Positions 46,902 through 61,022 are shown, counted from the first letter of the stretch. The stretch is 64,000 nt of DNA from Planktothrix sp. GU0601_MAG3 (GCA_035193785.1 CP136572.1:4884578-4948577), one strand, 5' to 3'. The notes: generated by a model not told the origin, from the letters alone. Translations and numbers: made by a program.

Positions 46902-49354
46902 ATGAAAATCCTTTTAGTAGAAGATGATCAGACGATCGCTAATATCCTAGTACAAGAACTCACGACCCATCACTACACAGTTGAGACAACGGCGGATGGT
47001 AAAATGGGTTTAGAACTGGTGAAGGCCATTCACTACGATTTACTCCTGTTGGATATTATTCTTCCTAATTTGGATGGAATTAGTCTTTGTCGCCAATTGC
47101 GAGAACTTGGCTTACAAATGCCGATTTTACTGTTAAGTGCAAAGGAAAGTATTACCGACCGGGTTAGGGGTTTAGAGGCCGGGGCCGATGATTATCTGAC
47201 CAAGCCCTACGAAATATCAGAATTAATTGCTCGGATTCAGGCCCTACTGCGCCGGGGCAATTCTACCTTAAAAACGGTGTTGACCTGGGAAGATCTTCAA
47301 CTGCACCCAGATGCTCGCCAAGTGACTTATCAAGGAAATCTTGTACACCTGACCCCGAAAGAGTACGGCATATTAGAACTTTTCCTGCGAAATCCCCGGC
47401 GAATCTTCAGCCGCAGTGCCATCCTAGACCACATCTGGCCCAGTGATGAATTTCCCCAAGAAGATGCGGTTTCCACCCACATCAAGGGTTTGCGCCGGAG
47501 GCTCAAAGCCGCCGGAATTAATACAAATTTGATTGATAATATCTACGGATTCGGCTATCGGCTGAAAGCACCCGTCGAAAAAAATGCTCCCTCTGTCTTG
47601 GCAAGGGGAGGAATAGAAAATGAATTAGATACAGCAACTCAGAAAGATGGCCCTTTGCCCAGGAGGTTTGAACAGGAGATGGAAACCATAGAGACATTAA
47701 CAGATCCAGTTTCCCGTAGCGACCTCCGACAAGCAGCAGGCTGAAGCCGCATTGGAGGAAGTCTTGCAACAGGTATGGGGCCAATTTAAACAGAGTTGGG
47801 AAGGGCGGATGGTGGTGTTCGAGGAAGCGATCGCCCAACTCACTATTGGAACTCTCAACCAAGAACTAAAAGCATCTGTTAAAAAAGAAGTTCATCGCTT
47901 GATTGGCTCACTAGGTTCCCTGGGTGTACCCAAAGGTTCAGAGGTGGCGCGACAGATCGAACAGTTGCTAAACTTAGAGCCTTTGGGTCAAAATCAGGCC
48001 CGGCAGTTGGAAGAATTGGTGATCCGTCTCAAGCAAACTGTGGAAGACAAACCATCTACAACGGCGACGACTCCCAATTTCAAGATTAGGTCAGATCGTT
48101 TACTGGTTGTCGATGATGATGTCCTGTTGACTGAACAGATCAAACTGGAAGGGAACGCTTGGGGTTTTCAGGTGGAAGTGGTAACAGACCTGACAACGGC
48201 AAGAAGATCAATTTCGTCTCATTTACCTGATATTATTGTTTTAGACCTCGCCTTTTCCCACACCCAGGATAACGGGCTGACCCTACTGGCGGAACTGGCA
48301 CAACAAGCTCCCAGCATTCCCGTATTAGTCCTGACAGCAAGCAATGAATTAAGAGATCGGGTGGAAGTAGCCCGTTTGGGTGGCAATATCTTTTTAGAGA
48401 AACCCATTAGCCCAGAAGCAATTGTCAAAGTGGCGACTCAGGAACTCAACCGCACCCAGAAACCAGAAGCCAAAATCCTAATTGTAGATGACGATCTCTA
48501 CATACTGGCAGCTTTATATAATCTACTGACACCTTGGGGTTTTCAGGTCGAAACCTTGGCAGACCCCCAACAATTTTGGCAAACCCTGGCGGCGATTGTA
48601 CCCGACCTGCTGATTTTGGATATAGAGATGCCGGGTTTTAGTGGTATTGAACTCTGTCAGGTGGTTCGCAGCGATCCGCGCTGGAGTGATTTACCCGTGC
48701 TGTTTCTCTCCGGTCATCAAGATGCTGATATTGTACATCAGGTGTTTGCCGTCGGTGCCGATGATTATGTCCAGAAACCAATTATTGGGCCGGAAACTGA
48801 TGGCTCGTATCCTAAACCGCCTAGAACGAACCCGAATTCTACAACGATTTGCTGACATTGATGAATTAACTGGGACTGCGACTCGGCGCAAATCCATCTT
48901 AGAACTGGAGCAATTACTACATCTTGCAGAGTGTCAACATCAGCCTTTGTGTTTTATGATTCTGGACTTAGATCACTTTAAGCACATCAACGATCAACAC
49001 GGACATGAGACAGGAGATAGAGTTCTTGAGCTTTTTGGAAGATACTTAAAGCAGTTTTTTAGATCTAAAGATATTGTGGCTCGTTGGGGTGGCGAGGAAT
49101 TTGTTTTAGGTCTATATGGTATAACCCAACAGCAGGGGGCAAAGCGACTGACTGACTTCCTGGAAACTTGGTGTCAGCAGGAGTTTACTGGTGCAAATCA
49201 CAAGACATTTCGGGTCACTTTTAGCGCGGGAGTCGTTGAATATTCTCAGAACGGTGCTAAATTGCAAGAACTTTATGTAGCGGCCGATGCCGCCCTATAC
49301 CAAGCCAAGGCCATGGGAAGAAATCGAGTATTGGTATCAGGTCAGGTAGGTTGA
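46902..49354 (+). CDS. Multidomain regulator REC-wHTH-Hpt-REC-REC-GGDEF; apparent +1 errors at 47709 and 48793
   Basis: OmpR-type N-half, HRLIGSLG Hpt, two further REC domains, DLDHFK and RWGGEEF. Confidence 0.88.
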
Positions 49355-49363
49355 GATTCAGTT

Positions 49364-51365
49364 TCACTGAACCGGACTCGGTGCTAGGGTTCCTTCCTGG
49401 GGCTCCGGGGCGGGACTCGGTGCTAAGGAGGGTTCGGGGGTAGGTTCGGGTACTGGTTCGGGTGTGGGTTCGGGAGTAGGTTGGGGTGTAGGTTCCGGTG
49501 TAGGTTCCGGTGTAGGTTCGGGTGTAGGTTGGGGTGTAGGTTCCGGTGTGGGTTGGGGAGTAGGTTGGGGTGTGGGTGCAAAGGTTGGTTGGGGTGTGGG
49601 TGCAAAGGTTGGTTGGGGTATTGGTTCGGGTTCAACAGAGGGAATGGGTTCCGGTTCCGGTTCCGGTTCCGGTTCCGGTTCAAAAGAAGGAATAGGTTCC
49701 GGTTCGGGTTCCGGGGGAATAATCGGGGAAAGGGTATTAATTAAAGTCAATTCTAACTTATAGTTGCTTTCGGGTAGTCCAGGGATAGCCTTGAGAATCA
49801 CCGTATAATCCCCGGTGGAGGGGAGAGTTCCCTTCCATGAAGATACCGATGCGGGCTGATTAATTGTTTGTCCATCTGGGCCAACCAACGTTAGTAACAC
49901 TCCATCCCCACTAACCGACGCATAAAACTGTTGTCCGGCTTCCGCAGGAACCACATAATTAATCGCTTGATTTGCTTTCAGATTTCCCTCAACCTCCTTG
50001 AGATCCCCCACAGCCAAATTTAGGCGTTTCTGTGAAGGGCGTTGCTACCCCCGGAGTCGTTGTCGGAAGTGGGGATGGTAAATTCGGAGGCGGTGTCAAG
50101 TTTGGTAATGGTATTCCAGGTAAGGGAATAGACGGACTCGGGCTGGGAGGATTCACCTGTGCAGTCTTATCGTCAGGGGAACGGTTAGTTGCTTTGAGTA
50201 GTCCCTTAACCAAAGCCCAAGAACCCCAAGCTGCTAAACAAGCCACCAAAAAACCCACCACAATTATCGTTGCAGGTTTTTCCCATAGGGGTTGGGAACC
50301 CAAAATATCAGGGTCAGGAAGTTGGGGATGGTTGGGAGTCGGAACCCCAGGAGGATTCTGGGCCTGCTGTTGCTGCACGGGCTGACTGACCAACGGCCGT
50401 CCTACCGCCAGGGTGGGAAGTTGGGAAAAATCAGGGTTCGGAGGTTGGGGAGTGGATGGAGAAGTCGGGCGCGGTTGATTTTGCTGGGTCGGGGGAAAAT
50501 TTAACGGCTGATTTAGGGTTTGTAGGGCTTGTTCAACTTCCGGGGCCGATTGATAGCGATCGCTCGGTTGCCGACTTAACATTTTATCGATAATTTGAGC
50601 GAAATTAGAACTAACCTGAGTATAGGGTCGCCAATTCCAAGATAAAGTCGTTTGATCTAATAAATATTGAGGTTCCTGACCCGTTAATAAAACAATTGCC
50701 GTCACCGCTAAGGCATATAAATCACTGCTAGGAAACGCCTGTCCGGTTTGAATTTGTTCAAAGGGGGCATAGCCCAATTTTCCCACCCGAGTCGCCGGAG
50801 GTAAGGTTAAATCAGGGGTATTAATCCGGGTAGCTAATTCAATCACTACTCCAAAATCAATTAAGATTGGGAGTTGATCTTGATGACGTAAAATAATATT
50901 ATCTGGAGAAATATCTCTGTGAATAATTCCTAAATTATGAATATGGGCTAAAATCGGCAACATTTGCCGTAAAAATAACACAATTTCTGCTTCGGTAAAG
51001 GTTTTTGGAAAGCCAGAAGTGGTGTTTTTTCTCTCCATTAATAGGGCATGGTAAGTTTTGCCCTCTACATAATCTTGAACTAAAAATAACCGTTGGTTTT
51101 CTTCAAAAACCGCCCCAAATTGAGGGATTTGAGCATGGCGAATTTGGTAGAGAATTTGCGCTTCCCGGCGGAATAGTTCTTGGGACTTTTGCAGGGCGTA
51201 GGTTCCAGTTTGGACAGGAATAAATTCTTTCAGGGCGCAGCGCTCGTTAAACCTTCCCTGATCCTCCGCTAAATAGGTACGACCAAACCCCCCCTGACCT
51301 AAAATGCTAATCAAGCGGTAACGGTTTTGCAAAATTGTTCCAACGGGAATAGCAGTTTGAGTCAT
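49364..51365 (-). CDS. Membrane Ser/Thr kinase with extracellular domain and PT/PE tail; apparent +1 error at 50026
   Basis: LGQGGFG, HRDISPDN, LIDFG, GYAP.EQ, one TM helix. Confidence 0.92.
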
Positions 51366-51550
51366 GCTTCAATGGCGGTGAGTATTGGGAAAAACCACTA
51401 ATACAAAATTAATTCCTTATATTATAAGGCTTAGGCACAACCCTCAAGGTTAACACTGATAACTAACTACCAATTATGGATTACCGATTACTGATAAATT
51501 CGTGATAAAATTATCACAAATGAACTGTGAATGAACTGTGAGGGTTCGCT

Positions 51551-52544
51551 GTGATCCGTTCTGCTATATTGCCCCTTCCTTACTCTGAGCCATTGGTTGC
51601 TGATCATGGTCGGTTACGACTATTTTCAGGCTCGGCAAATGTCCCTCTTTCCCTAGAGGTAAGCCGTTATTTAGGAATTGACTTAGGGCCAATGGTTCGT
51701 AAGCGATTCGCCGATGGAGAAATTTACATCCAGATTCAAGAGTCCATTCGAGGCTGTGATGTTTATTTGATTCAACCCTGCTGCTATCCGGTTAATGACA
51801 ACCTGATGGAGTTGTTGATCATGATTGACGCCTGTAAACGGGCTTCTGCCCGTCAAATTACCGCCGTTATCCCCTATTACGGATATGCTAGAGCCGATCG
51901 CAAAACCGCAGGCCGTGAGTCAATCACCGCAAAATTAGTGGCTAACTTGATTACTGAAGCGGGTGCTAGTCGGATTCTGGCCATGGATTTACACTCAGCC
52001 CAGATTCAAGGATATTTCGACATTCCCGTTGATCATGTCTACGGTTCTCCGGTAATTTTGGATTACCTGATGAGCAAACAGTTATCCGATCTCGTGGTTG
52101 TTTCCCCTGATGTCGGTGGAGTCGCCCGGGCTAGAGCTTTTGCTAAAAAACTCAATGACGCCCCTTTAGCGATTATTGATAAACGCCGTCAAGCCCATAA
52201 TGTCGCCGAAGTTCTGAATGTAATTGGTGATGTTAAGGGTAAAACCGCCGTTTTAGTCGATGACATGATTGATACGGCTGGAAACGATTTGTGAAGGCGC
52301 TCGTTTACTCCGTCGAGAAGGGGCGCGTCAAGTCTACGCTTGCGCCACCCATGCGGTCTTCTCTCCCCCCGCCGTCGAGCGTCTATCGGGTGGGTTACTA
52401 GAAGAAGTTATTGTGACTAATACAATCCCGATCCTACCCGAGAAACAGTTTGAACAGTTAAAGGTTTTGTCTGTTGCTAATTTAGTCGGTGAAACGATTT
52501 GGCGGATACATGAAGATAGCTCTGTGAGCAGTATGTTCCGTTAA
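51551..52544 (+). CDS. prs: Ribose-phosphate pyrophosphokinase; apparent +1 error at 52281
   Basis: [28 protein letters not shown], restored [10 protein letters not shown]. Confidence 0.96.
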
Positions 52545-52550
52545 TCAAGT

Positions 52551-52590
52551 ATCAGTAATCAGTAATCAGTAATCAGTAATCAGTTATCAG
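52551..52590. repeat. STRR (ATCAGTA)n
   Basis: Tandem copies visible. Confidence 0.85.
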
Positions 52591-52698
52591 CAGGCAGGGA
52601 AATTGATTTAAAGACTTTCACCTAGGTTTGCTGATCAGTCTTTGTTCTAACTATTAGCTACAACTACTATAGATCGATTAACAGACTCGGTGAAATCC

Positions 52699-53175
52699 AT
52701 GATCAAATTCCCTGATCCTTTCCATCCTTTTTTCTTAACAGGTTGTTTCGGCCTAGGGATGATTTTTTTATCCCTATCCTCCGTTCAAGCTCAAGATCCA
52801 ATTGATATTCCAGTACCCGTAATTCAGGGAACTCCCGCCCAAACCTATACCCCCGGAGCTTGGCAACCCGTAGCCAGAATTAATCCCAATCAACCGATAA
52901 CTGTCACCATTACGAATCAAACTGGATATAATTTAGAAACGGGATTAACGACGGGAAAAACGAATACTAAAATTGCTCCAGGGGGTCAAGTTACGATTAA
53001 TAATGTTCCGGTTAATTCTGATATTGTGATTAATTCCATTGATAGAGCCGCCGTTCTGGATTATAGAATTGATGTGCAAGATAATGGGGTTGATGTCACC
53101 GTAAAAACCGGGGCTGGTGTTGCCGGAGATAATGCAATTAATATTCAAAATACCGGAGCCATTTATATTTATTAA
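52699..53175 (+). CDS. Secreted hypothetical protein
   Basis: Signal peptide ending AQ; WQPVAR.NP and I..TGAIYIY motifs. Confidence 0.7.
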   Translation: MIKFPDPFHPFFLTGCFGLGMIFLSLSSVQAQDPIDIPVPVIQGTPAQTYTPGAWQPVARINPNQPITVTITNQTGYNLETGLTTGKTNTKIAPGGQVTINNVPVNSDIVINSIDRAAVLDYRIDVQDNGVDVTVKTGAGVAGDNAINIQNTGAIYIY

Positions 53176-53257
53176 TTGCTGGTTTTAGATCGGAGATTTT
53201 TTCGGAGTGAGGCGTGAACGCCTCCAGGGAATTATTAAACTTTTTTAGGGGATAACA

Positions 53258-54194
53258 ATGCGAATTTTAATCATGGGTGGAACCCGGTTTATCGGGGTTT
53301 ATTTAACTAAAATATTAGTTGCACAAGGGCATGAAGTTGTTCTATTTAATCGCGGGAAAAAACCCGCACCCGTTGAAGGAATTCAACAAATTCACGGCGA
53401 TCGCACCGATGCTAACCAAATTCAAGAAAAACTCGCTAACCAAGAATTTGATGCCATTTTTGATAATAATGGGCGAGAACTTAATGATACAAAACCCCTA
53501 GCAGATTTATTCAAAGATCGGGTGCAACATTTTGTTTATATGAGTTTCGGCCGGAGTCTATTTAAAATCCGATCAAATGCCCCATATTGAAGGAGATGCC
53601 ACTGACCCGAAAAGTCGTCATTTAGGCAAATACGAAACCGAGAGTTATTTGCAAGCCCAAAATTTACCCTGGACATCCATTCGCCCCACCTACATTTACG
53701 GGCCATTGAATTATAATCCCTTAGAATCGTGGTTTTTTGATCGGATTGTGGCGGGTCGTCCAATTCCGATTCCCGGGAATGGATTTCACCTCACCCAGTT
53801 AGGTCATGTCAAGGATTTAGCCACCGCAATGGCCGCGGTTTTAGGGAATCAAAAAGCTATTGGTCAGGTGTATAATATCTCGGGAGAACGTTATGTTACC
53901 TTTGATGGTTTAGCAAAAGCCTGTGCTATGGCGGCGGGGAAATCCTTAGATACAATTCAACTAATTCATTATAATCCTAAAGAGTTTGATTTTGGCAAAC
54001 GCAAAGCATTTCCCATGCGAGTCCAACACTTTTTTGCCGATGTGCATAAAGCCATTCAGGACTTAAACTGGAAACCCGAATTTGATTTGATTTCCGGTTT
54101 AAAAGATTCCTTTGAAAATGATTATTTACCCCGGGGTTTAGATCAAACAGAAGTTGATTTTTCAACGGATGATGAAATTATCGCTAATCATTAA
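53258..54194 (+). CDS. NAD-dependent epimerase/dehydratase (CSP41b-like); apparent +1 error at 53544
   Basis: MGGTRFIG, FDNNGRE, restored YMSSAGVY, RPTYIYGP. Confidence 0.9.
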
Positions 54195-54341
54195 TTGGGT
54201 TGATTAATACCTCGATTAGATCCCCCTAAACTACCGTTAAAAAGGCGGATTACGGGGATCTATTCCCAATTCTCGATTCCCTGCTATAAAATAAACCTAG
54301 GCGTGATTCAGCGCTTAATATTAGCAATCATAATCGGGGAT

Positions 54342-56517
54342 ATGCTGGGAACCACACTAGGCGGACGCTACCACATTTTGCAATCCTTGGGGGGTGGAGG
54401 ATTTGCCCGCACCTATTTGGCGGAAGATCGTCAACTCCCCGATCGCCATCAATGTGTAGTTAAACAACTCAAACCCCACGCCGCAAACCCCGCCACTTTA
54501 CAAATTGCTCGGCGTTTATTTGAAACAGAAGCTCAAGTTTTATATCGTTTAGGACATCACGAACAAATTCCCCAGTTATTTGCTTTTTTTGAAGAAGATC
54601 AAGAATTTTATTTAGTTCAAGAATTTATTGAAGGTCACGATTTAACTCAAGAATTAATCCCTGATTTTTCCGTTTCCCCCACCCTACCGCCTCCTAATTC
54701 TTCTATTCATTCGAGTTTAATTCAAGTTCTCCCGAATACGCCTAAAGGACGTTTAAATGAATCGGAAACTATTATCTTATTACAGGATATTTTAAAAATA
54801 TTAGATTTTGTCCATCAGCAAAATGTTATTCACCGGGATATTAGTCCTAAAAATATAATTCGACGCAAAAAAGATCATCAATTAGTTTTAATTGATTTTG
54901 GAGCGGTGAAACAGATTACAACCCAAATGTTAAATGCTCCGGGTCACAGTGGTTTGAGTATCGGGATTGGAAACACCCGGTTATATGCCCGGTGAGCAAG
55001 CTCGGGGAAATCCTAAACCCAGTAGTGATATTTATGCGGTGGGAATGATTGGGATTCAAGCCTTAACTGGAATTACGCCCCATCAGTTACAAATTGATCC
55101 CGATACGGAGGAAATTATTTGGCAAAATCAAGGGAGTGTGAGTCCAGAATTGGCTGAAGTTTTAAATAAAATGATCCGGTATGATTTTCGAGAACGATAT
55201 GGGTCAGCCAGAGAAGCATTAGAAGCAATAAAAAGTCTAAATAAACCCAATATAGCAACGCTTCCAGCTTTTAATTATTGGCTTAATCCTTTAAAAATTC
55301 AGCCAAAAAAAACAAAAATTTATTTAACTATAATGGCAACATTGGGATTAATAGGATTAGGGACGGGAACCGGACTTTATTTATGGTCTTCTCTGAAATC
55401 TTCTAATGCAATAGAACTCTATAACCAAGGGAATACTTTATCTCAATTAAACCGTTATCCCGAGGCTTTGAGACGTTATGATCAAGCTCTTAAGTTAATG
55501 CCCGATTATAAAGAAGTCTGGAATAATAAAGCTAAAATTTTATATAAATTAGAACAATATTCCCAAGCTCAAGAAGCCTATGATAAAGCGATTCAAATTG
55601 ATCCAAATTATACTGAATCTTGGATCGGTCGGGGAAAAGTTCTGAGTGCTTTGGGAAAGTATGCGGAGGCTTTAACCGCTTTTGAACAAGCAATTAAACA
55701 AAATCAAAATCAGGTGGAAGCTTGGCTAGGAAAAGGAGATGTTTTACTCAACTTCAAACGCTATGAAGAAGCAATTCAATCTTATCAAGTGGTTTTAGAT
55801 GAGTTTCCTGATTCCTTTGAAGCCTTATCTAAAACGGGAAAAACCTATCATTATTTAGAAGATTATCAAAATGCTTTTAAATTTTATGATCAAGCGGTTA
55901 AAGTTAAACCGAATGATCCGAATGCGTGGTATCACCGAGGGAATGCTTTAATGAAACTTAAACGCTATCAAGAGGCGACAGATTCCTACGATAAGGCGGT
56001 GCGTTTTAATCCTAATTTTTCCGCCGCTTGGTATAGTCTAGGTCAGGGATTATTAAAACAAAACAGGACAAAAGAAGCTGTTGAATCCTTTGAAAAAGCG
56101 GTTAAAATTCAACCCAATTACTATCAATCTTGGTATGATTTAGGATGGTCATTGCATCAACTTAAACGCTATGAAGAAGCAATTTCCGCCTATGATCAAG
56201 CCTTAAAAATTAAACCCAATAATTATTTAACCTGGTATAATCGAGGGAACTCTTTATATAATTTAGGGGATTATCAAGGGGCGATCGCTTCCTATGATCA
56301 GGCGACTAATCAACAAATCAATCATGGAGAATCTTGGTACAGTCGGGGTAATGCTTTAGCGAATTTAAAGCAATATCCCGAGGCTATTTCTTCATATCAA
56401 AACGCCTTACAATATAATCCAGATTATCCAGCCGCAAAGGAAGCGAAAGAAAAGATAGAACAACAAATTGAAGTCTTAAATAACCCAACAAATTCTACGA
56501 AACCCGTAGGATTTTAG
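54342..56517 (+). CDS. Ser/Thr kinase with TM helix and TPR repeats; apparent +1 error at 54970
   Basis: LGGGGFA, HRDISPKN, LIDFG, restored GTPGYMP.EQ, about 10 TPRs. Confidence 0.93.
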
Positions 56518-56524
56518 ACGTTCT

Positions 56525-56941
56525 TTAATCGAATTGCCAATCAACTCGCTCGGCGTGACCCCAAAATGCTTCTAATTTGTAGAAATCTCGGCCTTCGGGC
56601 AACAAAATATGGACAATCACATCACCATAATCCATTAAAACCCAGTTGCCCTCGTTCTGGCCCTCGACTCTCAGGGGCAACTGTTCTAATTCTATTTCTA
56701 CTTGGTCTGAAATCGCCTGAGAAATTGCCCGGAGTTGGGCTTGGGAAAAACCGGTGACAATTACAAAATAATCCGCTAAATAAGAGACTTCCGACACACG
56801 CAGAACCAGAATATCATCCGCTTTCCGGTCATCTGCGGCTCGGGCTGCGACTAGGGCAGTTTCCCGACTGGTGTGCTCATCAACATTGGCGCGAGATATC
56901 ATTTGCTTAGAAGCATATTGGGTTTGGGCATGATCAACCAT
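56525..56941 (-). CDS. rsfS: Ribosome silencing factor
   Basis: [35 protein letters not shown]. Confidence 0.93.
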   Translation of the reverse strand: MVDHAQTQYASKQMISRANVDEHTSRETALVAARAADDRKADDILVLRVSEVSYLADYFVIVTGFSQAQLRAISQAISDQVEIELEQLPLRVEGQNEGNWVLMDYGDVIVHILLPEGRDFYKLEAFWGHAERVDWQFD

Positions 56942-57050
56942 TCAGTTTTTTTTCCTTGTATGAAATTAAGAGTAACAATCAAATCGAGATATAGTGATTA
57001 TTTTAATCATTATTTTCGATTTTGGAGGCTGAGGTTAAAGATAAAATCGG

Positions 57051-58290
57051 CTATTCCGGGGTTAATACCTGTGTAAATAACTGTTCATACTGGTCTAACG
57101 CCTGTTCGATGCTATAATTTTCCTCAGCATATTTTCGCCCAGATTTGCCCAAGGTTTTTAACTGCTCTGGATTTTTGTGAAGCTCAGTAATCGCCTGGGC
57201 TAAACTCTCTGGATCTTCGGGAGGTACCACAATTCCCCCGCCACTTTTAAGAATCACATCTTTAGCGGTTCCCGTATCAGGAACAGAACCAACAATAGCA
57301 CAACCACTGGCTAATAAAACCGGAATTTTTGAGGGGAGATTAAAAACCGTTACTCGTTTTTTTTGCACCACCAATCCCACATCCGCCGCGGCTAACATCT
57401 CGGGTAATTTTTCCCTGGGCTCGAGGGGAATTAATAAAACGTTTTCCGTCTGATATTCCTGACAGGCCTTTTCTAACTGTTGTAAAGCCTCCTGCTCCCC
57501 AGCAATGACAAAAGAGATTTCAGGAATAGACTGTAATAACTTGGCGGCTTTAATGACCGTTTCTAAACCTTGAGTTAAAGCAATATTCCCAGAATAAAGA
57601 ACGACAAACTGATCTTGAAGTTGATACTTAATCCTAAAGGAATTATTTGTTTTTGATAAGGGTTTAATAAAATTAGTATCTACCCAATTGGGAATACAAA
57701 CAATTTTATCTTTTGGGATGCCGAGTTCTACTAATTTATCCACAAAACCATCGGCAATTACACTAATCCGATTTACCTTTTCGTATGTAAACTGTTCTAC
57801 AAATTTGGCGGTTTTAATCACAATACCATCGGGATTAACCAACTTGACCCGCAGGGCAGCTTCCGAAACAATATCCTGAATATTCAAGATCACCGGACAA
57901 CGGCGCACCCCGGCATAAATACTCACCGGAACACTCACCAATAAAGGAGGCACCGTAGCAAAAATAATATCAGGTCGCCAACCGTTAAACGCCTGAACTA
58001 TGCTGGTCATCATAAAACTACTATCCAGTAGCAGACGATCCAATAATCCAGGTTTGGGGCCATGCACCCAAATATAGCTGCGCTGAATCATCACCCCATT
58101 TCGTTCTTCCGTCAGATATAACTTATTTTGGTATCCCTGATAAATCCGGCGCTCTGGATAATTGGGCATTCCTGTCACCACCCGCACCTCATGGCCGCGC
58201 CTCACCAGACCCTCTGCAAGTTCTGTCATTAGAGGAGCAATACCAATGGGTTTCAGGATAATAGTTATAGGAGTAAATCAGTATACGCAT
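57051..58290 (-). CDS. GT4 glycosyltransferase (WcaI-like); apparent +1 error at 58250
   Basis: Restored MRILIYSYNYYPEPIGIAPL, GMPNYP, YSGNI, PSKI. Confidence 0.9.
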
Positions 58291-58297
58291 ACAGTTA

Positions 58298-59948
58298 TCA
58301 GTTATCAGTTTTGGGTTTGATTACCAAGAGCATCTCTACCTCAACCTCTGAGGGATCGGGAAAATTGGCACTAATTCCCACCCCTCGAATCGAATTTAGC
58401 ATAGTCATTCTATTGGGTTGAAGGGCGATCGCCGGGGATGCTAATAGATATCCCATCGCCCAGGATGTCATTTTTTCCATATCTAAATAGACATAACTAT
58501 GGTGGGAATTCGGTAGGGATTTACTAATTTCTTGAAACCGTTGGCTTCGGTTCAGGGGGTCGGTGGGATTCTGAGTGATCGCTTCCACCACTGGCCCGCC
58601 AAAGGCAACAAACATCACATTAGGACTTAACCATCCATGTCCGAATAGTGTTCCCTGTTTCGGGTCATTCCATTCCGTCACCTCAATACCAGATAAACTC
58701 CTTTGTTCAATATTAATCGGAGGATTGCCCCCAGCAACCAGAGTATTGAGTTTATTTAACATTGTTTCCGCGGCCGGGCGATCGCTAGTTTCAATTAACA
58801 AAACTCCCCCCAACCCCAGGGACGCTAATACTCCTTTTTCAGAAGCGATCGCCGCCAAGGCAAACTCCCCATCCATCCAGCCAAATACCTCCCTGTCCGC
58901 ATCCAAATTAATCGCTTGCAGTCCCAAACGAATTTGACTAATTATCCCTTTTAAATCCCGGTTATTTTCCCCCAAAGTTACAAACTCTAACCAAAATTGA
59001 TGCAGATCATGGCTATTCACCAGGGCTAAGGTGTTACTAGGAAAACGATCGAGCATTTTCCCAAATTCCGGCAGTTGTTGGGATACCTTGCCATTGGGAC
59101 GTAATTGAGCCATAGCTTTCAAACGAACCCCATCCCCTTCCACCCCAACCCCAATGACCATTGATTGAATGGGTTGCAGCGAAGATAGGGATTGACCGGA
59201 TAAACTCAAAACTTCTGGCCAAGTGCTGCTCAAATCCTGGGTTAGCCGATCATAATCGGCAATAAACACCGTCACCAAAGGATTAGCAAAATTGGCACTT
59301 TTAAAAAATAGGTCGGATTTTCCCGATAAACTGACCAAGGAAGGAGAACCCATAAAAGTGTCGATCGCCCGTTTCACGGTTTCAGGATTAGCCGCGATTA
59401 CTACCTGATCGTTAATAACCGCCACATTATATTGTTTTCCGGTTTTTTCGGTATAACTAGATAGAGTCACCCCTCGATATTGACTCTGTTGAGATTTAAT
59501 ATCCGATGAAGTGTTTAATTTTTGGGCAAATTGCCAAGCCTTCCATTTATTTTTAATTCCCACAACCATTAATAATTGGGCATCCGTTGCGGGTTTAATT
59601 CCATCGGTGGGAAGTAAAGCCACCATCACCCCACCGATCCAAGGTTGAATATCCCGATTAAAATTAATCGTCGCCCCAGCTAAACTCTGTTGTTGAAAAA
59701 TTTTGATTCCCCGACTCACTAATGCTTGAGCTTCCGGCGTGCCAAAATTTTCTAATTCCGATAGGACTTGAGGCGTTACCGATAGATAGGTGGCCATGAT
59801 CGCCCGATCCGGCACCAGTTTGCCACTTTCTAAGGAACTATAGGCTTTGTACCCCTCGGTATTCAAGTAAAGGGCCGCGGCGACACTCCCACAGACAGTC
59901 AGCGCCGCCACAGCCAGAAACTAACTTAGATTTTTTTCGGGTCAGCAT
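58298..59948 (-). CDS. DUF3352-type protein; apparent +1 error at 59917
   Basis: N-terminal TM segment; DIQPWIG and GWMDGEFA motifs. Confidence 0.75.
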
Positions 59949-60095
59949 GATGATTTTTTCGCGGAGGTTTGGGTGATCACCCAAGGTTTCGGTTAATTTT
60001 CTCCATGTTAGCTGGTTACCCATGGGGGGAAGGGGGCGAAGATTTGTTAATCTAAAGACAAAGGTGCGACTATTCAGCCATTACGAGTCATTTCA

Positions 60096-61022
60096 ATGAA
60101 AGTAGCAGTTACGGGAGCAACAGGTTTTGTCGGCAGTCGTTTAGTCGAACGACTCCAACGGTCAGGACATTCGGTATTAATTCTAACCCGTCATCGGGAG
60201 CGGGCGAAACGGGTATTTTCCAGTTCTGTCTATTCCCAGTTAGAAATTGTCGGTTACACTCCCACCCTATCAGGTGCTTGGCAACAGGCGATTTCGGGAT
60301 GTGATGGGGTGGTGAATTTAGCCGGGGCGGGAATTGCCGATGAAAGATGGACGCCACAACGCAAACAGGAAATTTTAGAAAGTCGGGCTACGGCTACCCA
60401 GAAATTAGTCGAGGCGATCGCTTTAGCTCATACTAAACCCAGTGTCTTGGTTAGTGCTTCGGCCATCGGCTATTACGGAACCAGCGAAACCGCCCTCTTT
60501 GATGAACATAGCCCCTCTGGACAGGATTTTCTAGCGAAGGTCTGTCTTGCTTGGGAAACCGCGGCCCAACAGGTTCAGGAAGCGGAAACCCGTTTAGTTA
60601 TTTTAAGATTAGGGATTGTTTTAGCCATGGGGGGAGCTTTAGGAAAAATGCTGACTCCCTTTAAACTGTTTGCCGGGGGGCCATTGGGTTCGGGAGAACA
60701 ATGGTTTTCTTGGATTCATCGGGAGGATTTAGTCGATTTAATCCTATTAAGTTTAACCAATTCTCAAATTGAAGGGGTACTCAATGCCACCGCCCCCAAC
60801 CCGGTCAGAATGGGACAGTTATGTAACGCTTTGGGGGAAGTTTTGAATCGTCCCTCTTGGCTTCCAGTTCCCGATTTTGCCCTGGAAATGTTATTAGGGG
60901 ATGCCGCCCAAGTCATTCTCCAAGGTCAACAAGTCCTACCAAGACGTACCCTATCCTACAATTTCAATTATCAATATCCCACCGTTAAACCAGCCCTAGA
61001 AGACATTTTATCTTCTTCATAA
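60096..61022 (+). CDS. TIGR01777 family epimerase-like oxidoreductase
   Basis: TGATGFVG, VNLAG, SASAIGYYG, WFSWIHREDL, NATAPNP. Confidence 0.92.
   Translation: MKVAVTGATGFVGSRLVERLQRSGHSVLILTRHRERAKRVFSSSVYSQLEIVGYTPTLSGAWQQAISGCDGVVNLAGAGIADERWTPQRKQEILESRATATQKLVEAIALAHTKPSVLVSASAIGYYGTSETALFDEHSPSGQDFLAKVCLAWETAAQQVQEAETRLVILRLGIVLAMGGALGKMLTPFKLFAGGPLGSGEQWFSWIHREDLVDLILLSLTNSQIEGVLNATAPNPVRMGQLCNALGEVLNRPSWLPVPDFALEMLLGDAAQVILQGQQVLPRRTLSYNFNYQYPTVKPALEDILSSS

Noticed and set aside
49423..50504. Short ORFs overlapping the kinase Pro-rich regions
   Set aside because: Alternative-frame or antisense shadows.
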